Positions 1-12,703 of a stretch of 64,000 nt of DNA are shown here, piece after piece. The DNA comes from Priapulus caudatus (Eukaryota): assembly GCF_000485595.1 (NCBI RefSeq), contig NW_014577076.1:1-64000 (forward strand). The letters run 5' to 3'. The translations under genes and the position numbers were made by a program. Position 1 is the stretch's first letter. Each line of letters starts with the position of its first letter. The notes beneath the pieces were generated by a model that was not told the origin of the DNA, made no database searches, and was given only the letters and a program-made list of their open reading frames with translations.

Positions 1-2008
1 ACACCTTTAGCTGTTTTATGGGGCGCAATGCCTGGGATGGCCTTCGTCTTTTCTGGGTTCGTAGCGATTCGTCCAGCGCTTATTGATATAGCTAAATATT
101 AAAACTTTGTTACTTAAGAACATTACATTTAGTTGCCTTAAACTTAAGATTCGCGTTCGACACGGCGGAACATTTCTTCAGATGCTGCATGTGTTCTTCA
201 AAAGCTGGTTATATAGCATGATATCATTAATATGCGATGTGTGACTTATGTTGTAGATCCTTCTAGTACTCGATTCATGACTCTCTGAATGTGTCCCGGA
301 CAAGACGCGACGCCGAAACGGCGAGGCTATCCATTCATAACAAATTCCGTTTGTCGTTCTCAAAAGCCGGACTTATGCTGGTCTGCCCTCGCTAATGGAT
401 CTGGTGATAGCCATTTTCTTAGATCTAAACAAGGGGAAAAATTTAGTTTCCAAATGTTTGCCAATGACGTCATCAAATTACGGGAAGGAACGCGGTCTGC
501 TCGTATGACTGAGTTTAACCGTTCATAATCCATACACATTTCTCCATTTCCCGTTTTAACTAGTAGTACACGCGAACTCCACTTGGATAGAAGTTATTGT
601 CCCATCTTTAGTAAATGTTTGACCTGTACCGTCCACGGTCTTCTTGTTGTCTGTATTGCCATGTCTGTAAGGGCGCACTTTTAAACGGTTTTCGCGTTCA
701 TGTATCGATTCTTTATTTTGTATAGATCCGTAAATACCCAGCTTCTGGCATCTGGTGTGCCAAAAGGATGTGTCTATGTTTTGTTAAAAAGTGTAGCAAT
801 TTCTCTTCTGTGTTGCTGTTTGTGACATGGGCGATAACGAGGCATAGTCGGTTTGGTGCTTTGGCGTGTTGAAGTGCGTTACCGGCAATCGCGTCATTGC
901 CGAACCTCGCTACAAAAACCCCGCCTTTCTGTTGCCTTTGTTGTAATATTGTCTCCTGTGATCATGCCTGAGGCGGCGACGCAGCGCGTAGTGTCGGTTG
1001 TGATTGCTTGGTCTTTGCTTGTGTTTTTCTATGTTTACGGTGCGTGTGTCACCGTTATGTGGTTTTATATGCAAGCTTTTATGTGTTTGCGTGTTGTGTT
1101 TCTAAGGAGACAGCGATCGTGCCACTATTGTTTAAGCGACATGTTTTTGTCAGAATCTGTAACCTGTGAACCGCTGATAAACCGTCTCGCGGAGTGGCTG
1201 AGTTTGACTTGCAGTTGCCCACGGGAAAACATCATTATCTGACATGCACACCAGCGTCGAATAAAGGCGCGAGACTGCTGTAGCGTTGACATAGGCTACT
1301 TTCATCGTGGGCAATGACCTCCCTTGTCCCTCTTTTGCGACATGGGCACTAACTATTCCCTATGGTTAATACTGAGTTTAAAATCTATGCCCACCACTAT
1401 TTTGGCGAGAAAGTCTATTCCTAAATTATATTTTCGGTAATGTGTACTACCACAAAAACTGGAGGAAGTTCTTACCCGCCCTAGTGCTGGACGGCCACTT
1501 TAAACTACCCTCGTTACACGTAGCTTGGTCACCCGTAACGGAATTGTAACTGCGAGACCTACCTCGTTGTCGAGTTGCGGCTCCTTATGTGATTAGGTAC
1601 ACTCCCATTACTGACTCATGACTAATGAAAATTCCGCACCCGGCTATCGATTAAAGCTATTAGTTTTGGCCCGCTATTCGAACATCGCACAACGGCGCAA
1701 CACGGCGCCGGTGTGAGATTGTGGCTGGCCCCCTTCGACCTCCTGTTCCGACGCGCAAAACACCGACAATCACGTGCGGAAATACCTTTCTCTCCCACAT
1801 CGGGAAACATAATTGTACTTGATTTTGCGGTCTGTCCGTCGAAAGACAGTGTCTGTCGAAACGCGGTGGATGTTCGTACCGTCGATTCGTTACGCGACTA
1901 CGTTCGTGTGTTAGGATTTTGTGGATCGTAGCGTCGTGTCTGTGTTTGTGCCTGTGTCGTGTGTTTGTCGGCCATATTGCGTAGTTCTGTTTCTTTGTGA
2001 TTCTAGCG

Positions 2009-2352
2009 ACAACTACCCCCTGGACAATTACCACCCGGAATTACCCCCGACAATTTTACCCACCGGATGATTACCACCAGACAAATTACCACCAAGGACA
2101 ATTACCACCAGGGACAATTTACCCCGGACAATTTACCCACCAGAACAATTACCCCCCTTATTGGAAGTTAGGTGGCGTAATTGTCCTGCGTGGGGAATTG
2201 TCCTGGTGGTAATTGTGCCGGGTGGTAATTGTCCAGGGGTAGTTGTCCTAGTGCGGTAATTGCCTGGTGCGGTAATTTTCCTGGGGTAATTTTAGTTCGG
2301 GGGGGGGTAAATTGTCCGCGTGGGTAATTGTCCAGTGGATAGTGTCCGCATA
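2009..2352. mobile_element. Foldback/MITE-like palindrome made of ~14-16-bp GGACAATTACCACC units
   Basis: About 10 units in forward orientation (2009-2158) followed by a similar number in reverse complement (GGTGGTAATTGTCC, 2171-2350). It lies inside Gypsy A. Confidence 0.75.
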
Positions 2353-3400
2353 CGGTTCTTTGTGTGTGCATAATGCTTAGCATGCTGCGCTACAAGAGCC
2401 TTATTTCGCCTCACTGTGATGCATGTCCCTAGCCGTCTGATTATTCCTAACAAGCGTCTATCTCCATCGGCTCCCCATAGCTATCGTCCTGTAACGCTGA
2501 ACCTCACTGTTAACGCAAACGTATTGCGATTCCTTGTTCTACTACCGCTTCTCTGTTCTGCTATACTCTAGTGCTTCCTGTAGTGTGCGTTGCCCTCGCC
2601 TTTCAACAAAATCTTTGCCTATTGTACACTCCCTAACCCATCTAAGAAATATCTGCTTAAACGTTTCTGTTTATTTCGTTTGTAACTGGCTCATCGTGGG
2701 ATCGCTAGGTGTGCTATCTACCTTAACCGTCCGTATAATTTCGAATAGACTGCCCTGCTACTGGCGGGGCAAATTGTTTTAACGGAGTTTTGAGCGAAAG
2801 CTAGGATCATTGGCGTCTTGTATAGCGTTATAGGGGCTTCGTACAGACGGTCCACGTAATATCCGGAGTGTCTATTAACAGAACGGCGGGTATACTCTGA
2901 CGCGCCCCCCCCAAGGTGCTTATCGCAAAAAAACTTTAATTCTGCTTCTGTTAAATTTAGTTCTAAATGTGCCACGTTAACTGGCTGCTCACTCTCTTGA
3001 AATTCTAGGCCCCTAATGAAACCTCATTCCCCAATGAATTACTCTGCGGACCTCCGCTATCCTCAAACCTCGTAAATTGCTCGCAACACTCTCCATGAAG
3101 CGTTTAAGGCCCTCAGCTAACCACCCGGGTTAGGAGATTCGAGCATAGCTTCTGCTCATGTACCGTCGGGAGAAACGATCAAAGGTAAATGGAAATGTAA
3201 AAGCGTAAATTGGCTGACTAGGGTGAGAGAGACTATGTAAGCACTGCACAAAATACGATAAAATGCAAACGACAAATAACGTTCCACTTACCCGACAAGT
3301 GGTGACGACCAGTGAAGTTTCTTTCGGCCGTGATCGTATAGGTGGTAGTACCTGTGCGGTGTGCCGCAATAACCAGGTTCGACCTGGTCACGCACCAAAT

Positions 3401-3887
3401 TGTAGCGTGGAATAGTACTTCTAGACAGCGTAGACGTAACAGTGATCGTAAACGGTAAACAACTATAATTTTATTCTTAAACACAAACGGACAGTGTACA
3501 CATTACAAGTGTAGCGGCGTCTCTCTCGCAGCTACCTCGACTACTCTCCCTTTATCCGTCTCCCGACCTCGCCCTGTTTCTGCCCTTATTGTCAAGGTTT
3601 GTTGCCCCCCTTGCCGATTGCCCGTACGCCTCATTAAGGCGTCCCTTAATGATGGCCTGGCTTGACCATTTTAGCTGTGTTTCTTGGGTAGAGTCGAGGC
3701 CGTTGGTACCCCTCGCCCGTCAGTGAGAACCGTCCGTCCCTCCTTAATGACTATATCGGCCCATGCCGTCTGTCACGTTAATTACATGCATCTCCTAAGT
3801 AGGCAGTTAAAGTTGGTGGCCATCGTCGGCCGTTCCTGAACGATTGTATTTCTCTACGTTTCCACCGTACAAGATTTCCCTACTACA
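3401..3887 (-). repeat. 5' LTR of Gypsy A with adjacent primer-binding site (3383-3397)
   Basis: Imperfect inverted termini TGTAGCGTGGAAT...ATTTCCCTACTACA, AATAAA on the minus strand near 3470, followed on the minus strand by TGGTGCGTGACCAGG (resembles a tRNA-His-type PBS). The partner LTR is not in the window. Confidence 0.65.
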
Positions 3888-5721
3888 CATTTAGTTTCGC
3901 CAAGGTTCATTATTGAACGGACCATAAACTATGATCTCGATATGTGCGAAGCGATTTATAAAATTACGCCACAGACATTTAAGGCACATGTGCATGACAC
4001 TGCGAAAGACCAGTTTGAAATTGATGTACAACCTGGAAAAGAGCCTGCATTTGCAGATGCACTCAGTCGTAATGAAAGGTTCACATGCCAGGAGTTGGAA
4101 GTTTTAGTATTGACGGAACATCTACCGATCACACCGCAACGCCTGAGCAGTTTCAGGGCAAGCACCCAATCTGATTCTCAGTGTGCAGAAACTGCCATGC
4201 GGCCAGTATGAGCTGGTATGCCCAACAGCAAGCGCCATATTGATCCAAACTGGCGCGATATATGACATATCGAGATTGAGATCACAGTAATCGATGAATC
4301 GGTACCGTAGGCAACGCATCATAGTGCTTCAAAAATACGCCATGCATGTGCCTGCAGAGCATCCATGAATCCTACCTAGGGATGGTGAAATGTAAACGCC
4401 GTGCTCGCGATCTTGCTGATTGGCCGAGCATAATAATGAGTATTGTTTACAGATGATCACTCGTTGCCAAGTGTGCTTAGAAAACCGCAGAGCAAACTGT
4501 AAAAAAAACATTGATACCACCATGGATACCAGATCGTTCCGTGGGCAGAAGTAGGTGCGGACCTATTTCATTTCCGTCAGCGAGACTACTTAATCTGTGT
4601 CGATTACTATTCGAAGTATCCGGAAATAGTACTGCTTGACAACGAGCAGAGTAGAGCGACAATCAATACGTTCAAATCTATATTTGCACGTCACGGGATG
4701 CCAGACACCGTCTTCAGCGACAATGGACCGCAGTTTTCTAGCAAAGAGTTCTAAGACTATGCGAAGGACTGGGGTTTTGTAAATGACACGTCAAGCCCGC
4801 GTTATCCACAGTCGAATGGACAAGCAGAGCGCTATATACAAACCGTAAAAAACATCCTGAAGAAAGCAGAAGCAGTTGGTGGTGATATATATCTGGCCTT
4901 GATGGCATATGCCACTAGAGGGTGTTGACAAAGGCCCGTCACAGTTACTCATGGGCCGCAGGCTGAAAACGAGGTTGCCGGTCACAAAAGCAGTCCTGAA
5001 ACTATCAGTAGACTTGTCTGGTGAAGACCATGCACGTCTAAAGGCTCGGCAAAAAGTCTACAGACGTAAAAAGTCTACGGACAAAGTCTACAAGAAACAC
5101 TACGACAAAACAACCAAGCCGTTGACTCAACTAACACCAGGAGAAGTCGTTAGGTACAGGAAAACAGGGAGGGTGCCATGGGAACCTGCAAAAGTGAATC
5201 ATGTCTACGACGCACAAAACCGTTCGTACATCCTAGACGTCAACGGGAAACAGTTGCGCAGGAACGGTAGAGACATTATTCAAACTGGAGAACAGACAGT
5301 ACCTAAACCAGTTCATGAACCTGAGGAAGAGTTGCAAAACACGGTGGAAGATCGGAGTTCTCAGCGAATTAATTCTAGTTCTGAGACAAACCGAGTTAGT
5401 GCTAGCTAGTGGTGATGCAAAAGAGCAGGTTACGCGTGCTGGTGGAATCACTAGGAAACCTGCCTATCTTTGTGACTATGTATAGTTAAGCTATTGCAAC
5501 GAATGAATGAAGCATATGTGTCATGAATTAATGAATGGTGTTTAAAGTGGAAAGTTTAGTTATGTCAGTGTAACAAGCTGTATAATCGATCAACCAAAGA
5601 TTGGAAAATTACCTGTGTTAATTATAATATTTGTTTGATTGTATTTGGATAGTATTAATACAGTGCAGTTCTAGATACAGTATCATGTAAAACAAAGGGA
5701 GATGTCATGTATTGTTTATAC
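3888..5721 (+). mobile_element. Gypsy B, copy 1: decayed RNase H-integrase, PPT and start of 3' LTR
   Basis: PGK...ADALSR, SDNGPQFSS, SSPRYPQSNGQAER and PSQLLMGRRLKTRLP (ORF 4909-5409). Purine tract then TGTCATGTA at 5703. Cut off at the single N (5722). Confidence 0.85.
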
Positions 5722-5722
5722 N

Positions 5723-7759
5723 GAGAATACCTATGTCACATTATCAGTGGATGCGAGTTCGTTTGGACTTGGTGCGGTGTACTGCAAGACGAAAGAGACG
5801 TCGCAACATGCATCAAGAGCGATGAATACACGCACGAGAATATGCGCCAATCGAACGTGAACTCTCGCAGTGTATTTTGGAGACGCAGAAAGTTTCACGA
5901 ATAATATATTAGGTGCAAGGTCATTTATTAAACGGGACCATAAACCACTGATAGATATGTGCAAAGCCGATTTATAAAATTCAAGGCATGTGCATAACAC
6001 TGCGAAAGTACCAGTTCGAAATTGTATTACAAACCTGGAAAGAGCATGCATGTTAAGATGCACTCGTCGTGCCTGTTCAATGAAAAAGTTTAACTGCCAG
6101 GAGTTGGAGTTTGTGATTGAGGAATCTACGATCCACCGCAACACCTTGACACGTTTCAGGGAGCAAGCCCAATCTGATCCAGTGTTGCAGAAACTGGCAT
6201 GCGGGCAGTCATGACTGGATGGCGGACAAGCAAGCGCCCATATTGATCCAGGGACTGGGCAGATATATGCATCTCGAGATGAGGATCACAGTGATCATGG
6301 AATCGCGTCGGAGGCACGCATTATAGTGCTTTAACAATTCGCTATGAAATGCTGCAGATCATCCCTGATCCCACCTAGGGAATGGTGAATATGTAAGCCG
6401 ATGCTTGCGCGATCTGCTGTATTTGGCGAGCAATGATGATCATATTGAGCAGATGATACTCGTTGCAAAAGTGTGCTTAGAAACCCGGCAGGCAAACTGT
6501 AAAGAACCATTGATACCCTGGAATACAGATCGTCCGTGGGCAGAAGTAGCGTGCGCGACCTATTTCTTTCGTCAGCGAGACTAACTTAATCTGTTGTCGA
6601 TTACTTTTCGAAGTATCGGAATTCAGTACGCTGACACGAGGCAGGTAGAGCGACAATCAATACGTGTCAATCTATATTATGCACGTCACGCGGATTGCCG
6701 CACCGTCTTCAGCGACGAATTGGACCGCAGTTTTCTAGCAAACGAGTTTAAGACTTCGAAAGGACTGGGGTTTTGTAAAATGACACGTGCATGCCCGCGT
6801 TAATCACAGTTCGAATGGGACAAGCTCGAGCGCTATTACAACCGTAAAAACATCTGAAGAAAGCAGAAGCAGTTGGTTGGTGATATATATTTTGGCCTTG
6901 ATGCATATGGCCTGAGGGTGTGTGGACATAAGGCCCGTCACAGTTACTAATGGCCGCAGGTGAACGAGGTTGCCGGTCACAAAAGCGTCCTGAAACTATC
7001 AGAGACTTGGTCTGGTGGAAGACCATGCAAGCGTCTAAAGGCTCGGCAAAAGTCTACAGACGTAAAAAAGTCTTACGGACAAGTCTACAGAAACACTACG
7101 AGCAATAACCAAGGCGTTGAATCTAATACACAGGAGAGTGTAGTCAGGCAAACAGGGAGGGTGCCAGGGAACCTGCAAAATGAATTCATGTCTACGAGCA
7201 CCAAACCGTTCGTACATTCCTATGATAACGGTAGAGACATATTCAAACTGTCAGAGAACAGACAGTAACCTAAACCAGTCTATGAACCTGAGGAACGCAG
7301 TTGCCAAACACGGTGGAAGATCGGAGTTCTAGCGAATTAATTTTAGTTCTGAGACAAACCGGTTAGGCTAGTAGTGGTTGATTTGCAAGAGCAGGTTACG
7401 CGTGCTGGTGAATGACTAGGAACCTGCCGTATCTTTTGTGACTATGTTAGTTAAGCTATTGCAACGAATGAATGAGCCTATGTGTCATTGAATTACATGA
7501 ATGGTGTTTAAAGTTGGAAAGTTTATTATGTCAGTGTTAACAAGCTGTATAAATGTAGTCAACCAAAGATTGGAAATTACCTGTGTTAATTTATAATATT
7601 TGTTTGATTGTATTTGGATAGTAATTATACAGTGCAGTTCTAGATTCCAGTATTCATGTAACAAAAGGGGAGTGTCATGTATTGTTTATACAGTACCAGC
7701 AGGTGTTGCCCTCTTTTGTTATGGAATAAAGACAGCCTTATCATGGCGGTTACATAACA
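5723..7759 (+). mobile_element. Gypsy B, copy 2: decayed RNase H-integrase plus candidate complete 3' LTR
   Basis: Colinear noisy duplicate of 3888-5721. It starts earlier, in RNase H (VDAS..GLGA-like at ~5747). Confidence 0.85.
7673..7759 (+). repeat. Candidate short (87 bp) 3' LTR of Gypsy B
   Basis: PPT AAAAGGGGAG directly upstream, termini TGTCATGTA...TACATAACA, internal AATAAA at ~7725. Confidence 0.6.
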
Positions 7760-8164
7760 TAGACGAGAGAACCGGATTACCAGAGATCGTCGCCTGAGAG
7801 GTGTTGATCCTGCCACTTAAGCGCGGATCTTGCGCAGCAGTTCCAGCAGGCAAGCGCGCACGCGGACCGCGGGACGTCCTACGAAAGTATCAGGCTTCTG
7901 GCCAGCTATTGGATCCCGTGCGCCAATCTGTAAGCCGGCGCCGAATCGTTTTCGCTGCCACGAACAGTCTCGATGTTAGCAGGTCTATTCTGCAACATAT
8001 GCACACGCCACATCGCGCCAGGTTTAATAGCGTGTTTCACGTTACGTCATTAGATCAGGTCACGTGTATTTGTTATGTGTTGTGGTTGGCAGAGCGAAGC
8101 GTGCTGCTTGAATTTTACCAGATGGAATGCTATTTGAACATGATCTGTAGAAGCGTTGTTAATT

Positions 8165-8905
8165 GTAGTGCGCGTAACGTGCGTGCGGGCGTGCGCTGCG
8201 TGTGCAATACACGTTGCGTGATGCGTGCGTGTGTGGTGCGTGCGTGCGTAGCGTGTGTACGTACACGTGCGTGCGTTGCGTGCGCGTGTGACGTACACGT
8301 GGCGTGCGTGCGTGCGTTGCAGTGCCTGTCGTGGGACAGTACACGTGGTGCGTGCTGGTGCGTTGCGTTGCTGTTGCACGTATCGTGTCTTCGTGCATGA
8401 GTGTGTGCAGTGCGTGTGCAACGTACACGTACGTGCTGTGCGCTGCGTCCGTCCGTGTGTGCACGTACACGTGCGCTGCGTGCGTGGCGCCGCGCGGTGT
8501 ATGCATGTGCACGTATCGTGGTGCATGCGTGCGTTCGTGGACGTACACGTGCGTCGCATGAGTCGTGTGCGTGCGTGCGTGGTGTGTACGTACACGTTGC
8601 TGTGCGTGGTTGCCGTGTGAACTTACACATGACGTAGCGATGCGTTGGGTTCCGTCCGTGTGTGTTGCACGTAAAGTGCGTGCGTGCGTGGCGCAAGAAC
8701 TGGCACCTGTGCGCGCGTGTGAGGTTACACGTTAGTCGGTGCCGTTGGCGTGCGTCACCTGTGCGTGGTGTGCGGGTAACGTGCGGTGCCATGTGTGAAG
8801 GGTACAGTGCGTGCGTGCGGTGCATGCAATGTGCAGTACACAGTGTGCGTGCGTGGCCGTCGCGTGAGTGCCGTGATGTGGTGTCGTACCACGTTCGCGT
8901 CGCGT
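8165..8905. repeat. Degenerate (GTGC)n/(GTAC)n simple repeat
   Basis: Low-complexity CGTG/TGCG/TACACG runs. Confidence 0.9.
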
Positions 8906-9119
8906 GGTGGCTGTGTATCGAACAATTATCACGATCTGCTTGCTGCAAACCGATTAAACTCGCCTGTGGCGACATATGACGTCAATGTTATTACATTGAA
9001 CATCGCTTCATTGCCATGAGAATCCATGAAGAACTGCTCCGTACAATCACAGCGAAACGCATAAGAAAAATTTAACGACGGCGAAACTATAAAGCTGTGT
9101 TTACACAACGCAGCCAGGG

Positions 9120-9497
9120 GCCTGCTGTTCCAAATTCCCATTGGTTCGATACAATCACGTACCTCAAACTCCTTGTTTTTTTAATGGTGCATTGTGACCC
9201 TAAACCCTAACCGCTAACCTATAAAAACAAAAAGTGTTTGTTGTTATTAAATTGTTGTAATAATCATGGTGGTACTGGATAAAAATAGAAAAATTACAGA
9301 AAAAGCAGGAAAATTGAAAACAGATTTGCGATTTCGATCCAACGCCATATTCCAGCCGTTGTCGGTCTCTGGCTCTAGGCGTTCAGTATTGATGCAATGG
9401 GAGTTTTTGTGTTATCGTTGTGCCTTTGACAAACTGGGGCGTCATTGAGGAGTTTGAGGCAGCTGTGCTTTGTATAAACTAATAGAATTCGGGGGCC
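9120..9497. mobile_element. Degenerate MITE with an internal telomere-like motif
   Basis: Inverted arms AATTCCCATTGGTTCGATACAATCACGTACCTCAAACTCC and GGAGTTTGAGGCAGCTGTGCTTTGTATAAACTAATAGAATT; CCCTAAACCCTAACCGCTAACC at ~9198-9220. Confidence 0.55.
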
Positions 9498-9872
9498 ACC
9501 GTCATCGAGTAAAACGATCGTGAGTGGCAAGTGGCAAGCGGTGGCGTAGTCATTGAGGTATTTTAGGGTTATTTAGTTTCTTATAGTTGTTTCGTGAGCT
9601 TTTTAAATGGCCAAATTTTCACAAGCTACGATGATGCTTTACCAGCAAACGCGTGTGTCAAGTCAGTCACTGTTGCCCACGAATTCAGATAGACGAATCC
9701 AGTGACAATTCCATATGTAATTCCCTGTTTTGTATTAAATTGCCAGTAGGGAGGAGCGTGCCGCTGAATATATTAACTAAAAACCTTTTGGTTTGCCACA
9801 GGACGTGCCGTCCGGGGGCACCACTAGTCAAGCATTGTACACATATTATAGTTATAGTTAAACAGTTACAGT

Positions 9873-10627
9873 TACAGTGCCTAGTGTACACATATTCATT
9901 TTTACTGTAATTTATTTTATTGCCTTTAAAAAGATTGCTGTGTATAGGATTTCTTGTGCGCGATATGTAATGTTAAGTTAGACTGACACCACTTTTGGTG
10001 CCGCGAGAGGCACTTTGGTTGATTCCTCAACTTGCGTAGTCATGAACTCCATACTTATAGTTTTTATCGTAAAATCTATTGATCTTCTTGTCTGTTTGAT
10101 AAACGCGATGCTTAAGAACAGTTGATAATTTTGTTCAGATAAATTAGCACTGTTGAGATCGTTGATTATAGTTAGGACAGTTATTGCTACAACTTGAATA
10201 ATACGATAATATAGAATAAATTGATATTATTAGGTTATAGCCAACTTTGCGTTATCGTTCGGCATTGATTTACTAACAGCAGTCTTGATTATTGTGGGGT
10301 TTACCGTCAGTCGGGTCACGGAATGAAATCAAATATTCCAGAAAGCGAGAATTATTAGCTCGAGACAATTAAATATTTGCATTTGACAATCAACGACGTG
10401 ACAGAACCGGCAAGTCCTTTAACACTACTAGTGAACAGATATGAGTGATCGCTCGAATGATCTATTTATAAATAACATGGTGATCGTAGGCAAACTATCG
10501 GTGACCGAAGCGTGGGTAGTGGCTACACCTTTTGAACATTTTTAGCGGATTTAGGTTGTCTGTCTGTTGTTTGTGTATTGCCTGCTCTGATCTGTCTGCC
10601 TGCCTGGCTGTTTGTCTGCCATCGATC
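9873..10627 (+). repeat. Noisy direct duplicate of 13641-14369
   Basis: Colinear match starting TACAGTGCCTAGTGTACACA and ending CTGCCATCGATC. Differences are mostly single-base indels. Confidence 0.9.
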
Positions 10628-10629
10628 AT

Positions 10630-12703
10630 CAATCGATTGTATCGATCCAACTATTCCATCTAGTTCATCCACTCCATCATTCATCATCAGATCCATCCAT
10701 CCATCCATTCCATCCATCATCTCTTTTATCCATCCATCCATCTTCCATCCATCCATCCCATCATCCATCCATCCATCCATCATCCAGTCCATCCATCCAT
10801 CACTCCATCCATCCAATCATCCATCCGATTCCATCCATCCATCCATCCATCATCCATCATACATCCATCCATCATACATCCGCATCCATCCTCATCCATC
10901 CATCCATCCAAGTCCCACTCATCCATCCATCCATTAATCCATACATCCGTCCGGTCCGTCCGTCCGTCCATTCCGTCCGTACGTTACGTCCCGTACGACC
11001 GTCCGTCCGTCCGTCCATCCATCCATCCAATCAATTTATCCATCCATTCCATCCCATCTATCCATGCCCACTCCACGACCATCCCATCCATCCTTCTATC
11101 CATCATTCACATCATTCCATCCATATCTACCCATTATCTATCCATCTATTCATTCATCTATTCATATCCATCCATCCAATCCAGTCCATCTCCATTGTCA
11201 TCCATCTATCCATCCATCATCCATCCATCATCCACCCATCCATCCATCCATCCAACTCCATCCATCCATCCTCCATCCATCGCTATCCATTCCATCCATC
11301 CATCCATCCATCCATCATCATCCATCCATCAATCATCCATCCATCCATCCGATCCTCCATCCTCCATCCATCCTCCATCCATCCATCCATCCATCCATCC
11401 ATCCATCCTCCTCCATCCATCCATCCATTCCATCAATCCATCATCCATCCAATCCATCCATCCATCCCATCCATCCATCCATCTGATCCATCATCTATGC
11501 AATCCATCCATCCATCCATTCCATCCATCCATCCATCATCAATCCATCCAATCCATCCAATCCATTCCATCCATCATCCATCCATCCATTCCATCAGTCC
11601 ATCCTCCATCCATCAATCAATCCATCCATCATCCACCATCTGTTTGTCTTGCCCTCGATCCATCGTCGATCCGGCATCCCTCCATCGATCCATTCCATTC
11701 ATCCAATCATCCATTCATCACATCATCCATTTATTTCGTTATACATCGAGTTTCCAATTATCCATCCATTTCTCCCTCCATCCATCCATCCAGTCCTCCA
11801 TCATCCATCATACACTTTTATCCATCCTATCATCCATCCATCCATCCATCATCCATCCATTCCATCCATCCAACTCCAATCCATCAATCCATCCGATCCA
11901 TCCATCCATCCATTCCATCCATCCACTCCATACATCCATCCCTCGCATCATCCATCCATCCTCCTCTCATCCGATCCGCATACATTCCATTACATCCGTC
12001 CGTCCGTCCGTCCGTCCATCCTCCGTGCCGTTCGTCCGTTCCGACGTCCGTCGTCCGTCATCCATCCATCCATCCATTTATCCATGCCCCATCATCTTAT
12101 CCATCCATCACCCATCCATCCATCCATCTATCCATCCATGCCATCCATCCATCATCATCTACCCATTCATATAGTCATCGATTCATTCATCTATTATTCA
12201 TCCATCCATCCATCCATCCTCCATCCATCATCCATCCATTCACATCATCCATCTATCCATTCCTCCATCCATCCATCCATCCACCATCCATCCATACCAT
12301 CCATCCAATCCGATCATCATCCAATTCATCCAATCTTTCCATCCATCCATCCATCATCCATCATCATCCATCCATCTCCATCCATCTATCCATCCATCTA
12401 TGCATCCATCCATCCATCCATCCATCCATCCATCCATCCATCCATCCATCCATCCATCCATCCATCCATCCATCCATCCATCCATCCATCCATCCATCCA
12501 TCCATCAATCCATCCATCCATCCATCCATCCTGTTTGTCTGCCATCGATCCATCGATCGATCGATCCATCCATCGATCCATCCATTCATCCATCCATCCA
12601 TTCATCCATCCATCCATTTATTCAGTTCTACATCGAGTTATCCATCTATCCATCCATTCCTCCATACATCCATCCATCCATCCATCCATCCATCCATCCA
12701 TCC
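10630..12703. repeat. (CCAT)n microsatellite, degenerate
   Basis: Seen directly; it produces the spurious HPSI/MDGW ORFs. Further tracts at 14385-14591 and 15264-15378. Confidence 0.98.

Larger units (their letters stand above)
1..3887 (-). mobile_element. Ty3/Gypsy LTR retrotransposon A, 5' part (LTR, PBS, gag, PR, RT), very error-laden; runs off the left edge
   Basis: Reverse complement of 1-700 gives frameshifted RT-like fragments in the expected order (MCMDY.RLNSV, LDL..GYHQI, YEW..PF, TFQRVMNRVL, HINDIMLY, EEHMQHL, NPEKTKAI). LTR and PBS lie at 3383-3887. Confidence 0.75.

Noticed and set aside
7801..9019. C/V/R/A- or H/T/R-rich ORFs
   Set aside because: Translations of degenerate (GTGC)n repeats, open in several frames. 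The same applies to 31427-31948, 42366-44002 and 52738-53400.
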